A DNA stretch of 64,000 bases, taken from positions 364,433 through 428,432 of the forward strand of contig CAWEXM010000006.1 of assembly GCA_963813055.1 (NCBI GenBank), in the 5' to 3' direction. Below the pieces are notes generated by a model. It was given only the letters and a program-made list of their open reading frames with translations. It did not search any database and was not told the origin of the DNA. The position numbers and the translations under genes are program-made. This document shows positions 1 to 8,442 of the stretch, piece after piece. The stretch's first letter is position 1. Each line of letters starts with the position of its first letter. The stretch is from an uncultured Solirubrobacteraceae bacterium. Its GTDB lineage: Bacteria > Actinomycetota > Thermoleophilia > Solirubrobacterales > Solirubrobacteraceae.

Positions 1-240
1 CACACGGGGCGCACGGTGCTCGTGAGCGAGATCGACGAGACGGGCTACTCGCCGCTGCGCGCCTCCGCGGGCGAGCCCCCGGCGCCGGGCTTCCACCTGT
101 TCGCGCGGCTGAACGTCGACGGCTTGATCGTCTACCGCTTCGCCTCAGACGCCCCGCGCGCCGTCTCACAGGCGGCGCTGCGCCGCCACGTGATCACGCT
201 CGCGCACCCCGAGGTGCTGGTTCCCGCCTCCGTGGGGTAG
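1..240 (+). CDS. 3' end of a CDS entering from outside the window, function unknown
   Basis: Open frame from base 1 to TAG at 238-240 with GC3-rich codons; no diagnostic motif in the visible part. Confidence 0.55.
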   Translation, partial: HTGRTVLVSEIDETGYSPLRASAGEPPAPGFHLFARLNVDGLIVYRFASDAPRAVSQAALRRHVITLAHPEVLVPASVG

Positions 241-305
241 AGACAAACAGCGGGCCCACGCGTGCGCGACTGTCGCGGCGGGCAAAAAAGATCTAGTTTT
301 TGGGC

Positions 306-2372
306 ATGCGGGATTTGACCTCGGAGGCTCGCGGCGAGGCTCAGGCGGCGTTGGAGCTTGCGCGTGAGCGGCTGCTGGCGCTGCAGGACGACGCGGGCTG
401 GTGGCGCGGGGAGCTGCAGACGAACGTGACGATGGACGCGGAGGACATGCTGCTGCGCGAGTTCCTCGGCATCCGCACGCAGCGCGAGACGGAGCGCACG
501 GCGGCGTGGATCCGCTCGCAGCAGCGCGCGGACGGGACGTGGGCGAACTTCCACGGCGGGCCGGGCGAGCTGTCGACGACGATCGAGGCGTACTGGGCGC
601 TGCGCCTCGCGGGCGACGCGCCCGACGCGCCGCACATGCTCGCGGCGGCGGAGTTCGCGCGCCGCGAAGGCGGCCTGGAGCACGCGCGCGTGTTCACGCA
701 CCTGTGGCTCGCGCTGTTCGGCCTGTGGTCGTGGGACGACGTGCCGGCGCTGCCCGCGGAGGCGATCCTGCTGCCGGCGTGGGTGCCGCTGAACGTGTAC
801 GACTTCGCGTGCTGGGCGCGCCAGACGATCGTGGCGCTGTCGCTAGTCAAAGCGCACCGCCCCGTTCGCGCGCTGCCGTTCGCGCTGGATGAGCTGCGCA
901 CGGGCGCGAAGCGCGCGCGGCGGCCCGCGTCGCGGCGGGCAGCGTGGCTGACGGGGCTGGACCGTGTGCTGCGCGCGTATGAGCGCCGCCCGCTGCGTCC
1001 GCTGCGCGCGCTGGCGATGGCGCGCGCGGAGCGCTGGATCTTGGAGCGCCAGGAGAAGGACGGCTCGTGGGGCGGCATACAGCCGCCGTGGGTGTATTCG
1101 CTGATCGCGCTGTATCTGCAGGGCTACCCGCTGGACCATCCGGCGCTGACGCTCGGGTTGGAGGGCCTGGAGCGATTCATGGTCGAGGACCGCGGCGATG
1201 ACCGGCAGTCGCGCCCGTCGGACCAGCGGTCGCGTCCACCGGGTGCGCCGCCGTGCGAGAGCAGGCGCCTGGAAGCGTGCCAGTCGCCGGTGTGGGACAC
1301 GGCGCTCGCGGCGCTCGCGCTGGGCGACGCGGGCCTGCCGGGCGAGCACCCGGCGATGGTGCGCGCGACGCGCTGGCTGCTCGGCGAGGAGGTGACGCGG
1401 AAGGGGGACTGGGCGGTGGCCAGGCCGGCGCTCGAGCCGGGCGGCTGGGCGTTTGAGTTCGCGAATGTGAACTACCCCGACGTGGACGACACCGCGGAGG
1501 TGGTGCTGGCGCTGCGGCGCGTGGCGGACACCGCCGCCGCGCAGGACTCGCCGGCGCGAGCGCTGCGCCCGCGGATCGACGGCGCGGTGCGTCGCGCGCT
1601 GCGCTGGGTGGAGGGGATGCAGTGCGCGGACGGCGGCTGGGGCGCGTTCGACGCGGACAACACGCGCGCGCTGGTGCGCGAGCTGCCGTTCCTGGACTTC
1701 GGCGAGGTGATCGACGAGCCGAGCGCGGACGTGACGGCGCATACGCTGGAGATGCTCGGCACGCTTGGCCTGGGTGGCGGCGAGGTGGCGCAGCGCGGGG
1801 TGCGCTGGCTGGTCGAGCACCAGGAGCCGGACGGCTCGTGGTTTGGGCGCTGGGGCGTGAACCACGTGTACGGCACGGGCGCGGCGATCCCGGGTCTGGT
1901 AGCGGCGGGCGTGGAGCCCTCACGCGAGTGCATCCGTCGCGCGGTGCGCTGGCTGGAGGCGCACCAGAACGAGGACGGCGGCTGGGGCGAGGACCCGCGC
2001 TCCTACGACGACCGCGCGTGGGTGGGGCGCGGCGAGAGCACCGCGTCGCAGACGGCGTGGGCGCTGATCGCGCTGCACGCGGCGGGCGAGCGCTCGACGG
2101 CGATGGCGCGTGGTGTGGCGTGGCTCGTGGTGAGACAGCGCGCGGACGGCGGCTGGGACGAGCCGCAGTACACCGGCACGGGCTTCCCGTCGGACTACTA
2201 CATCAACTACCACCTGTATCGCCTGACGTTCCCCGTGATGGCCTTGGGGCGCTGTCTGGGCGCGGCGAGCGCGACCGTGGAGTCGGCGTCGATGAGCGAC
2301 GCAGCGCATACCGGATCCAGCCGCGGCCGCGGCGGCGCCCACCACGGCGACGACTGGGGCGAACGGCGATGA
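306..2372 (+). CDS. shc: squalene-hopene cyclase
   Basis: Catalytic DxDD motif (YPDVDDTA), QW repeats (QRADGTW, QEKDGSWG, QEPDGSWFGRWG, QNEDGGWGE), C-terminal GTGFPSDYYINY. Confidence 0.97.
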   Translation: MRDLTSEARGEAQAALELARERLLALQDDAGWWRGELQTNVTMDAEDMLLREFLGIRTQRETERTAAWIRSQQRADGTWANFHGGPGELSTTIEAYWALRLAGDAPDAPHMLAAAEFARREGGLEHARVFTHLWLALFGLWSWDDVPALPAEAILLPAWVPLNVYDFACWARQTIVALSLVKAHRPVRALPFALDELRTGAKRARRPASRRAAWLTGLDRVLRAYERRPLRPLRALAMARAERWILERQEKDGSWGGIQPPWVYSLIALYLQGYPLDHPALTLGLEGLERFMVEDRGDDRQSRPSDQRSRPPGAPPCESRRLEACQSPVWDTALAALALGDAGLPGEHPAMVRATRWLLGEEVTRKGDWAVARPALEPGGWAFEFANVNYPDVDDTAEVVLALRRVADTAAAQDSPARALRPRIDGAVRRALRWVEGMQCADGGWGAFDADNTRALVRELPFLDFGEVIDEPSADVTAHTLEMLGTLGLGGGEVAQRGVRWLVEHQEPDGSWFGRWGVNHVYGTGAAIPGLVAAGVEPSRECIRRAVRWLEAHQNEDGGWGEDPRSYDDRAWVGRGESTASQTAWALIALHAAGERSTAMARGVAWLVVRQRADGGWDEPQYTGTGFPSDYYINYHLYRLTFPVMALGRCLGAASATVESASMSDAAHTGSSRGRGGAHHGDDWGERR

Positions 2373-2986
2373 GCGGCCTGCTCGTGGCGGCTCCGCTGCG
2401 CGTGGAGGCGCTGCTGATCTCGTCCGCGGCGCGCAGCGCGCTGGTGCGAAAGACGGGGATGGGTCCGGAGCGCGCGAAGGCGGCGGCGGGCGAGCTGGCG
2501 GCGCACGCGGGTGGGGCGATGCTGGTGCTGGGCTTCTGCGGCGGGCTGGACGACGGCTCGGTGCCGGGGGAAGTGATCGTTGCGCGGGATGTGTACGCGG
2601 CGACGGACGAAGGTCATGATGAGATGCGCGTGAGCTGTGGCATGACGGGCGAGCTGTTGCAGCGCCTGACGGGCCGCGGGTTGAAGGTGCGCACGGGCGA
2701 CGTGGTGTGCGTGTCGCGCCTGGCGCTGGGGGAGCGCCGCGCGCAGCTGCACGAGGGCGGCGCGATAGCGGTGGACATGGAGTCGGTGTGGCTCGCGCCA
2801 GCGGCGGGCGAGCGGCCGTTCGCTGTGGTGCGCGTGGTGTTGGACAGCCCGTCGCACGAGCTGATGCGCCCGCAGGCGGTGCGCGGGGCGCTGCGCGCGG
2901 CGTGGGCGCTGCGGCGCGTGGCGGGCGCGCTGCACGACCTCGCTCCTCACGACCCCGCGCCGCACGACCCCGCGCCGGCGCGGTGA
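2369..2986 (+). CDS. hpnG: hopanoid-associated nucleoside phosphorylase-like protein (HpnG family)
   Basis: ATGA overlap with shc; TGMG, GFCGGL, AVDMES and VRVVLD PNP/UDP-phosphorylase motifs; lies between shc and hpnH. Confidence 0.8.
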   Translation: MSGLLVAAPLRVEALLISSAARSALVRKTGMGPERAKAAAGELAAHAGGAMLVLGFCGGLDDGSVPGEVIVARDVYAATDEGHDEMRVSCGMTGELLQRLTGRGLKVRTGDVVCVSRLALGERRAQLHEGGAIAVDMESVWLAPAAGERPFAVVRVVLDSPSHELMRPQAVRGALRAAWALRRVAGALHDLAPHDPAPHDPAPAR

Positions 2987-3004
2987 GGGCGTAAGCTGGC
3001 TCGC

Positions 3005-4006
3005 ATGGCCGTTCGTGTCCGACAGAGCACGCGCATGGGCTGGTATCTGATGCGCCAGCGGCTGGCCAAACGCGAGAAGTTCCCGCTGATAGTGGAGCTG
3101 GAGCCGCTGTTCCAGTGCAACCTGGCGTGCTCGGGATGCGGCAAGATCCAGCACCCGGAGCACGAGCTGCGCCGGCGGATGCCGGTGGAGCAGGCGATCG
3201 CGGCGATCGAGGAGAGCGGCACGCCGATGGTGTCGATCGCGGGCGGCGAGCCGCTGATCCACCCCGAGATCCACGTGATCGCGGACGAGCTGGTGAAACG
3301 CAAGAAGTTCGTGTACCTGTGCACGAACGCTCTCCTGCTGGAGAAGAAGCTGGAGAACTTCAAGCCAAGCCCTTACTTCTCGTGGGCGATCCACATGGAC
3401 GGCCTGCGCGAGCGCCACGACGCGTCTGTCGAGCGCGAGGGCGTGTTCGACAAGGCGGTGAGCGCGATCAGGGCGGCGAAGGCGGCGGGCTTTCGTGTGA
3501 CGACGAACACGACGTTCTTCACGCACGACTCGCCGAAGACGGTGCGCGAGGTGCTGGACTTCCTGAACGACGAGCTGGAGGTGGACGAGATGATGATCTC
3601 GCCCGCGTACGCGTATGAGAAAGCGCCCGACCAGGAGCATTTCCTGGGCGTGACCCAGACGCGCAAACTGTTCCGTGAGGCGTTCGCGGACGGAAGGCGC
3701 AAGCGCTGGCGGTTGAACCACTCGCCTCTTTTTCTTGATTTCTTGGAGGGGAAGGCCGAATTCGACTGCACCGCGTGGGGGATACCGAGCTACTCGCTGT
3801 TCGGTTGGCAACGTCCGTGCTACCTGATGTCCGACGGCTACGCGCGGACGTACAGGGAGCTGGTGGAGACGACGGATTGGAGTAAGTACGGCCGCGGCAG
3901 GGACCCGCGCTGTGAGAACTGCATGGCGCACTGTGGTTATGAGCCGACGGCGGTGCTGCAGACGACGCGCTCGCTGCGCGAGTCGCTACGTGCCCTCGCC
4001 GGGTGA
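3005..4006 (+). CDS. hpnH: adenosyl-hopene transferase HpnH (radical SAM)
   Basis: LEPLFQCNLACSGCGKIQHP (CxxxCxxC), GGEP, C-terminal CENCMAHCGYEPTAV; hopanoid context. Confidence 0.95.
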   Translation: MAVRVRQSTRMGWYLMRQRLAKREKFPLIVELEPLFQCNLACSGCGKIQHPEHELRRRMPVEQAIAAIEESGTPMVSIAGGEPLIHPEIHVIADELVKRKKFVYLCTNALLLEKKLENFKPSPYFSWAIHMDGLRERHDASVEREGVFDKAVSAIRAAKAAGFRVTTNTTFFTHDSPKTVREVLDFLNDELEVDEMMISPAYAYEKAPDQEHFLGVTQTRKLFREAFADGRRKRWRLNHSPLFLDFLEGKAEFDCTAWGIPSYSLFGWQRPCYLMSDGYARTYRELVETTDWSKYGRGRDPRCENCMAHCGYEPTAVLQTTRSLRESLRALAG

Positions 4007-5083
4007 GCCCGGTCGCACGTCGCTCCAGCGCAGCCCCTCGCCGAGCAGCGCGGGGACGCCGAGCGCGACCGCGGTGAGCACCTCGACGGCCTGCAGGAGG
4101 ATGCCGTAGGCGAGCGCGGGCCCGGCGCCGACGCCGTACGCGGCGAGCACGACGAGACACGCGGCCTGGAAGACGCCGACGTTGGACGGCGTGGCGGGGA
4201 GCACGGCGCTGAGGTTGATCGCGAGCAGGATCGCGGCGGCGGCGATCGGGCCGGCCTGGTGCTGCAGGCCGAGCGAGAGCAGCACGGCGTAGCAGGCGAG
4301 CCACTGCAGCGCCCACGCGAGCAGCTGTGTTGTGACGGCGCTGGCGCCATAGCGCGGGCGGGCGAACACGACGAGGCCCTGGCGCGCGAGGTGCAGCGCG
4401 TGACTGGCGCCGGCGGCGGCGCGCGCGATCCGCGGTCTGCGCGAATGGCGGGCGAGGGCGAGCAGCCGAGGGCCGGCGAGCACGAGCGCGCACGCGAGCA
4501 GCGGGAGCAGCAGGGCGAGGGCGATCCCGGTGAGGTGGCCCTGCACGAGCGGCAGGCTGGTGAAGGTGACGGCGAGCAGGATGGCGAGCGCGAGCAGGTT
4601 GATGAGCGTCTGGGAGAACACGGTGCCGGCGACGACGGGAAGCAGGCGGCGGTTGGGTCCGTGCAGGCGGCGCGTGAGCACGATCACGCGCGAGGGCTCG
4701 CCGATCCTGCCGGGGAACAGCGCGGAGGTCATGACGCCGATCATGGTCGCGCGCGCGACCCACGCGAGCGCGAGCGTGGCGTCGGGCAGCGCGGCGCGCA
4801 GCGTCTGATGCCAGGAGATGGAGCGCAGCACGAGCGAGCAGGCCATGAGCGCGAGCGCGAGCAGGAGCCACCCCGGCGTGGCGCTGATGAGCACGTGCCC
4901 GACGCGCGCGAGGTCGAGGTTGGCGAGCGCGAGCGCGACGAGCGCGAGGGCGATGAGGAGCGCGAGCGCGAGCGCCACGCGTCGATATCGCCCGCGGCGG
5001 GGCGGCGGCGCGATCGCGGGCGCGGGGGTCGTGTCCTCTGGTCGCGTCGTCGGGCGGGGGTCGATCACGCCAGGTATTCTCAC
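3986..5083 (-). CDS. lysylphosphatidylglycerol synthase TM / UPF0104 flippase-like membrane protein
   Basis: Multi-TM protein with PGRIGE and PATPSNVGVFQ motifs. Confidence 0.75.
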   Translation of the reverse strand: MRIPGVIDPRPTTRPEDTTPAPAIAPPPRRGRYRRVALALALLIALALVALALANLDLARVGHVLISATPGWLLLALALMACSLVLRSISWHQTLRAALPDATLALAWVARATMIGVMTSALFPGRIGEPSRVIVLTRRLHGPNRRLLPVVAGTVFSQTLINLLALAILLAVTFTSLPLVQGHLTGIALALLLPLLACALVLAGPRLLALARHSRRPRIARAAAGASHALHLARQGLVVFARPRYGASAVTTQLLAWALQWLACYAVLLSLGLQHQAGPIAAAAILLAINLSAVLPATPSNVGVFQAACLVVLAAYGVGAGPALAYGILLQAVEVLTAVALGVPALLGEGLRWSDVRPGSPGEGT

Positions 5084-5093
5084 CGTCCCAGCG

Positions 5094-5519
5094 ATGAGGT
5101 CCGCTCCCCACCTCGACAGTCAGGAGCTGGCCGCGATATTCGCGGGCGGATTCCTCGGCACGCTCGCCCGCGCGGCGCTCGCTCAGAGCCTCGCGGTGCG
5201 CGCCGACGAGTGGCCGTGGGCGACGTTCGCGGTGAACGTCGTCGCGGCGCTGGCGCTGGGGTACGTGATCACGCGTCATCAGCAGCGCCTCGCGGGCGCC
5301 ACACCGCCGTGCTCGGCGCTCGGGCGTGCATTTCTGGGCACGGGCGTGTGTGGCGCGCTGAGCACGTTCTCGACGATGATGGTGGAGCTGCTGCGGATGA
5401 TCGACGGCTCGCACTGGACGCTCGCGCTCGGCTACGCCGCGGCGAGCCTTGCGTGCGGTCTGGGCGCGGTCCTGCTGACGAGCGCGCTCGCGCGCAGGAG
5501 CGCGGTGGCGCGCGTATGA
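5094..5519 (+). CDS. crcB: fluoride efflux channel Fluc/CrcB, subunit 1
   Basis: GGFLGTLAR, PWATFAVN, GVCGALSTFST motifs. Confidence 0.9.
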   Translation: MRSAPHLDSQELAAIFAGGFLGTLARAALAQSLAVRADEWPWATFAVNVVAALALGYVITRHQQRLAGATPPCSALGRAFLGTGVCGALSTFSTMMVELLRMIDGSHWTLALGYAAASLACGLGAVLLTSALARRSAVARV

Positions 5520-5544
5520 GCGTCCGGGCGGTGTGCGCGAGCGT

Positions 5545-5910
5545 ATGAGTTTCGTGGCGCTGTGGGCGGGCGTTGGCGTGCTCGGCGGCGTGGGCGCGCT
5601 GGCGCGGTATCTGGTGGACGGACTCGTCTCGGCGCAGACGGGCGGGCGGTTGCCGCTGGGGACGCTGCTGGTGAACCTGAGCGGAAGCGTGGCGCTCGGC
5701 GTGCTCGTTGGCGTGGCGCTGAGCGGCGACGCGTACCTGCTCGCGGGCACCGCCGTGATCGGCTCCTACACGACCTTCTCGACGTGGATGTTCGAGTCCG
5801 AGCGCCTCGCGGAGGACGGCCTGCTGTGGATGTTCGCGGCGAACGTCGTGCTCAGCCTCGCGCTGGGCGTCGCGGCGGTCGCGCTGGGCCGGTTGATCGG
5901 GGGCGGGTGA
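5545..5910 (+). CDS. crcB: fluoride efflux channel Fluc/CrcB, subunit 2
   Basis: GGVGALARY, PLGTLLVNLSGS, GSYTTFSTW motifs; tandem with the first copy. Confidence 0.92.
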   Translation: MSFVALWAGVGVLGGVGALARYLVDGLVSAQTGGRLPLGTLLVNLSGSVALGVLVGVALSGDAYLLAGTAVIGSYTTFSTWMFESERLAEDGLLWMFAANVVLSLALGVAAVALGRLIGGG

Positions 5911-5919
5911 GACGTTACC

Positions 5920-5945
5920 CTTTACCTATGGCGATAGATGTAAAG
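5920..5945. promoter_or_regulatory. putative toxin-antitoxin operator (inverted repeat over the antitoxin start codon)
   Basis: CTTTAC-N14-GTAAAG spans the ATG at 5928. Confidence 0.4.
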
Positions 5946-6197
5946 AAAACCAAGGGTGGAAAACGGCAGGGTGCGGGTCGTTCGCGCGTTTCCGGTAAGC
6001 ATCAGATCACGATCCCGATCGGCGCCTTCAGCGAGGCTGGCCTGCACGAGGGCGACGTGGTCCAGGTCAAAGCGCAGGGTAGGGGACGGGTCCTGATCGC
6101 GCGCATGGACGATCTCGTGGATGAGTACGCGGGCTGCTTGAGCACGGGTGGCGAGCTTGGTCGAACGATCCGCGGGCTGCGCCAAGAGTGGGATTGA
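5928..6197 (+). CDS. AbrB/MazE/SpoVT-family antitoxin
   Basis: SRVSGKHQITIP...GLHEGDVV swapped-hairpin signature; overlaps the PIN gene. Confidence 0.85.
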   Translation: MAIDVKKTKGGKRQGAGRSRVSGKHQITIPIGAFSEAGLHEGDVVQVKAQGRGRVLIARMDDLVDEYAGCLSTGGELGRTIRGLRQEWD

Positions 6198-6598
6198 TCC
6201 TCCTCGACTCGACGGTGATCGTCGGCTTCCTGGATGCCGACGACGCCCTTCACGAAGCGTCGGTTGCGAGGCTCAGGGAAATCATCAGCAGCCATCTGCT
6301 GGTGGCCTCGGTGGTCAGCAACGCGGAGGTCATGACGGGCGTATCGCTGGGCCATCACCCGAAGAAGAGCGTGGAAGGCTTCTTCGACATCCTGATCAAG
6401 GATCTCCTGCCGGTCGACGTGCCTGTAGCGGCGCGTGCGGCAACACTGCGAGGCAAGCGCAAGTCGCTGTCAATGCCAGATGCGCTGATCCTGGCTACGG
6501 CGGACATCGAGCCAGAGGTCGAAACGGTGCTTTGCGCCGATGCCGACTGGCCAAAGGTCAAAGGGCTCGACTGTCGGGTCGAGATGCTGGCGGTGTGA
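6188..6598 (+). CDS. vapC: PIN-domain (VapC-type) toxin
   Basis: ILLDSTVIV, SNAEV, LSMPDALILATA, CAD: PIN acidic residues. Confidence 0.88.
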   Translation: MGLILLDSTVIVGFLDADDALHEASVARLREIISSHLLVASVVSNAEVMTGVSLGHHPKKSVEGFFDILIKDLLPVDVPVAARAATLRGKRKSLSMPDALILATADIEPEVETVLCADADWPKVKGLDCRVEMLAV

Positions 6599-7066
6599 TC
6601 ATTCCCGGCGCAACCGCCAGATGAGGTAGGCGACGATGACGACGTTGGCGAGGATCGCGCCGACCTTCAGCAGCGACGCGCTTTTGGCGAGCTCCCAGAT
6701 CTCGGGGATGAAGAACAGCGATGTCGCGACGACGGTGAGCCACTCTCCCCAGCGCTTGCGCGTCCACAAGCCGTAGGCCTCGGCGCCCTCGAGCACGGCG
6801 TAGAGGAGCGCGGCGATGCCGAACACGACGTTCTGGTCGGCGTGGATCTTGCTGACCTTGTCGATGACGCGTTTGATCCAGTTGCCTTTCGGGTCGAGCC
6901 CGAGGTGTTCGGCGAGGCGGGAGATTTCACTTGCCCAGTCGGCGTGCGGATGCGTGACGAGCACGATCCCGACCGCGAGCAGCACGACGCCGCGGAAGGC
7001 GCGCTCGGCGGCGATCCACGGCAGCAGGCGATCCTTGCGGATGGACGGCGCGGCGGCGTCGGGCAT
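6599..7066 (-). CDS. DUF2127-like membrane protein
   Basis: EGAEAYGLW..KRWGEWLTVVATSLFFIPEIWEL and NVVIVAYLI are typical of DUF2127. Confidence 0.75.
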   Translation of the reverse strand: MPDAAAPSIRKDRLLPWIAAERAFRGVVLLAVGIVLVTHPHADWASEISRLAEHLGLDPKGNWIKRVIDKVSKIHADQNVVFGIAALLYAVLEGAEAYGLWTRKRWGEWLTVVATSLFFIPEIWELAKSASLLKVGAILANVVIVAYLIWRLRRE

Positions 7067-7109
7067 GGCGTAAGTATCGAGGACCGGTGGGACGCCGCGG
7101 CGGCAGGCG

Positions 7110-7526
7110 TTACATCTCGAGCAGAACCGTCACGGGCCCGTCGTTGACGAGTTCGACCTCCATGTGCGCGCCGAACACGCCGCGCCGCGCGTCGAGCAGC
7201 TCGCAGAAGCGCTGATACAGCGGCTCGGCCTGCTCGGGGCGCGCGGCGGCGACGTAGCTGGGGCGGTTGCCGCGGCGTGCGTCGCCGTAGAGCGTGAACT
7301 GGCTCACGCACAGTACTTCGCGCTCGCCGAGCGGCTCGTTCATCTGCCCGTCTGCGTCGGGGAACACGCGCAGCGCGCGGACCTTCGCGGCGAGGCGCTC
7401 TGCCGTGCGCTCGTCGTCCTCGTGCGTGACGCCGAGCAGCACGAGCAGCCCCGCGCCGATCTCCCCGACGGCGCGACCGTCGACGCGCACACACGCCCGG
7501 CTGACCCTCTGCACGTGAGCGCGCAT
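7110..7526 (-). CDS. dtd: D-aminoacyl-tRNA deacylase
   Basis: MRAHVQRV, SQFTL, GNRPS, NDGPVT motifs. Confidence 0.96.
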   Translation of the reverse strand: MRAHVQRVSRACVRVDGRAVGEIGAGLLVLLGVTHEDDERTAERLAAKVRALRVFPDADGQMNEPLGEREVLCVSQFTLYGDARRGNRPSYVAAARPEQAEPLYQRFCELLDARRGVFGAHMEVELVNDGPVTVLLEM

Positions 7527-7544
7527 TCCGTCGCCAAGTATGCC

Positions 7545-7567
7545 ATACTTAAGAGATGCTTAAGTAT
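7545..7567. promoter_or_regulatory. putative ArsR-family operator
   Basis: Perfect 9-5-9 inverted repeat ATACTTAAG-AGATG-CTTAAGTAT covering the ArsR start codon, in the short divergent dtd/arsR gap. Confidence 0.7.
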
Positions 7568-7954
7568 TACGAACCGGTGGAGCGCGACGTGGACCTTCTG
7601 TTCCAGGCGCTCGCGGACCCGAGCAGACGGGCGATGGTGGACCGCCTGACCGTGGGGCCGGCGTCGGTGAGCGAGCTGGCGCGACCGCTCGACATGTCGC
7701 TGCCGGCGGTGGTGCAGCACCTGCAGGTGCTGGAAGCGAGCGGGCTGGTGCGCTCGCAGAAGCAGGGGCGGGTGCGCACGTGCGCGATCGAGCCGGCGGC
7801 GCTGCGCACGGCGGAGCAGTGGGTAGCCGACCGACGCACCGCTTGGGAGCACAGCCTCGACCGCCTGGGCGACTACCTCGCCCAGCACCCCGGAAGCCGG
7901 AGCGAAGCGCAGGCGACGACAACGAAACCGAAACGAAAAGGGAGCAGACGATGA
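7556..7954 (+). CDS. ArsR/SmtB-family transcriptional regulator
   Basis: FQALADPSRR...SVSELA..SLPAVVQHLQVLE.SGLV.S.K.GRVRTC. Confidence 0.92.
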   Translation: MLKYYEPVERDVDLLFQALADPSRRAMVDRLTVGPASVSELARPLDMSLPAVVQHLQVLEASGLVRSQKQGRVRTCAIEPAALRTAEQWVADRRTAWEHSLDRLGDYLAQHPGSRSEAQATTTKPKRKGSRR

Positions 7955-8442
7955 GCCAGACAGAGCAGACCGTCCAGGAGCGCGCGGCGGTGCACGACAC
8001 GTTCACGATCGAGCGCACCTACGACGCGCCGCCGCGGCGCGTGTTCGACGCGTGGGCGGACCTCGCCGCGAAGACGCAGTGGTTCGGGCCGGCAGACAAG
8101 CCCGCGGGCTCGCACACGCTGGACTTCCGCGAAGGCGGCCGCGAGCACCTGGCGATCGCGATGCAGGACGGCCCGAGCTACACCTTCGACGCGCTCTACC
8201 AGGACATCGTGGCGGGCGAGCGGATCGTGTACACGTACGAGATGCACCGCGACACGCAGCGCATATCCGTGTCCGTTGCTACCGTGGAGTTCGAGGCGTC
8301 GGGCGCGGGCACGCGGCTGACGCTCACCGAGCAGGGCGTGTATCTCGACGGCCTGGACACGCCCGCCGCGCGCGAGCACGGCACGAACGTATTGATGGAC
8401 GCGCTCGGCGCCCTCGTGGAGGGCGCTGGAGGCGGCGCATGA
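7951..8442 (+). CDS. SRPBCC/AHSA1 (START-like) domain protein
   Basis: FTIERTYDAPPRRVFDAW, LDFREGG, RIVYTY, GTRLTLTEQG; typical partner of ArsR. Confidence 0.88.
   Translation: MSQTEQTVQERAAVHDTFTIERTYDAPPRRVFDAWADLAAKTQWFGPADKPAGSHTLDFREGGREHLAIAMQDGPSYTFDALYQDIVAGERIVYTYEMHRDTQRISVSVATVEFEASGAGTRLTLTEQGVYLDGLDTPAAREHGTNVLMDALGALVEGAGGGA

Noticed and set aside
2935-2980. Short tandem repeat (CACGACCCCGCGCCG twice) at the hpnG 3' end
   Set aside because: A local slippage duplication in a dispensable C-terminal tail, with no wider pattern
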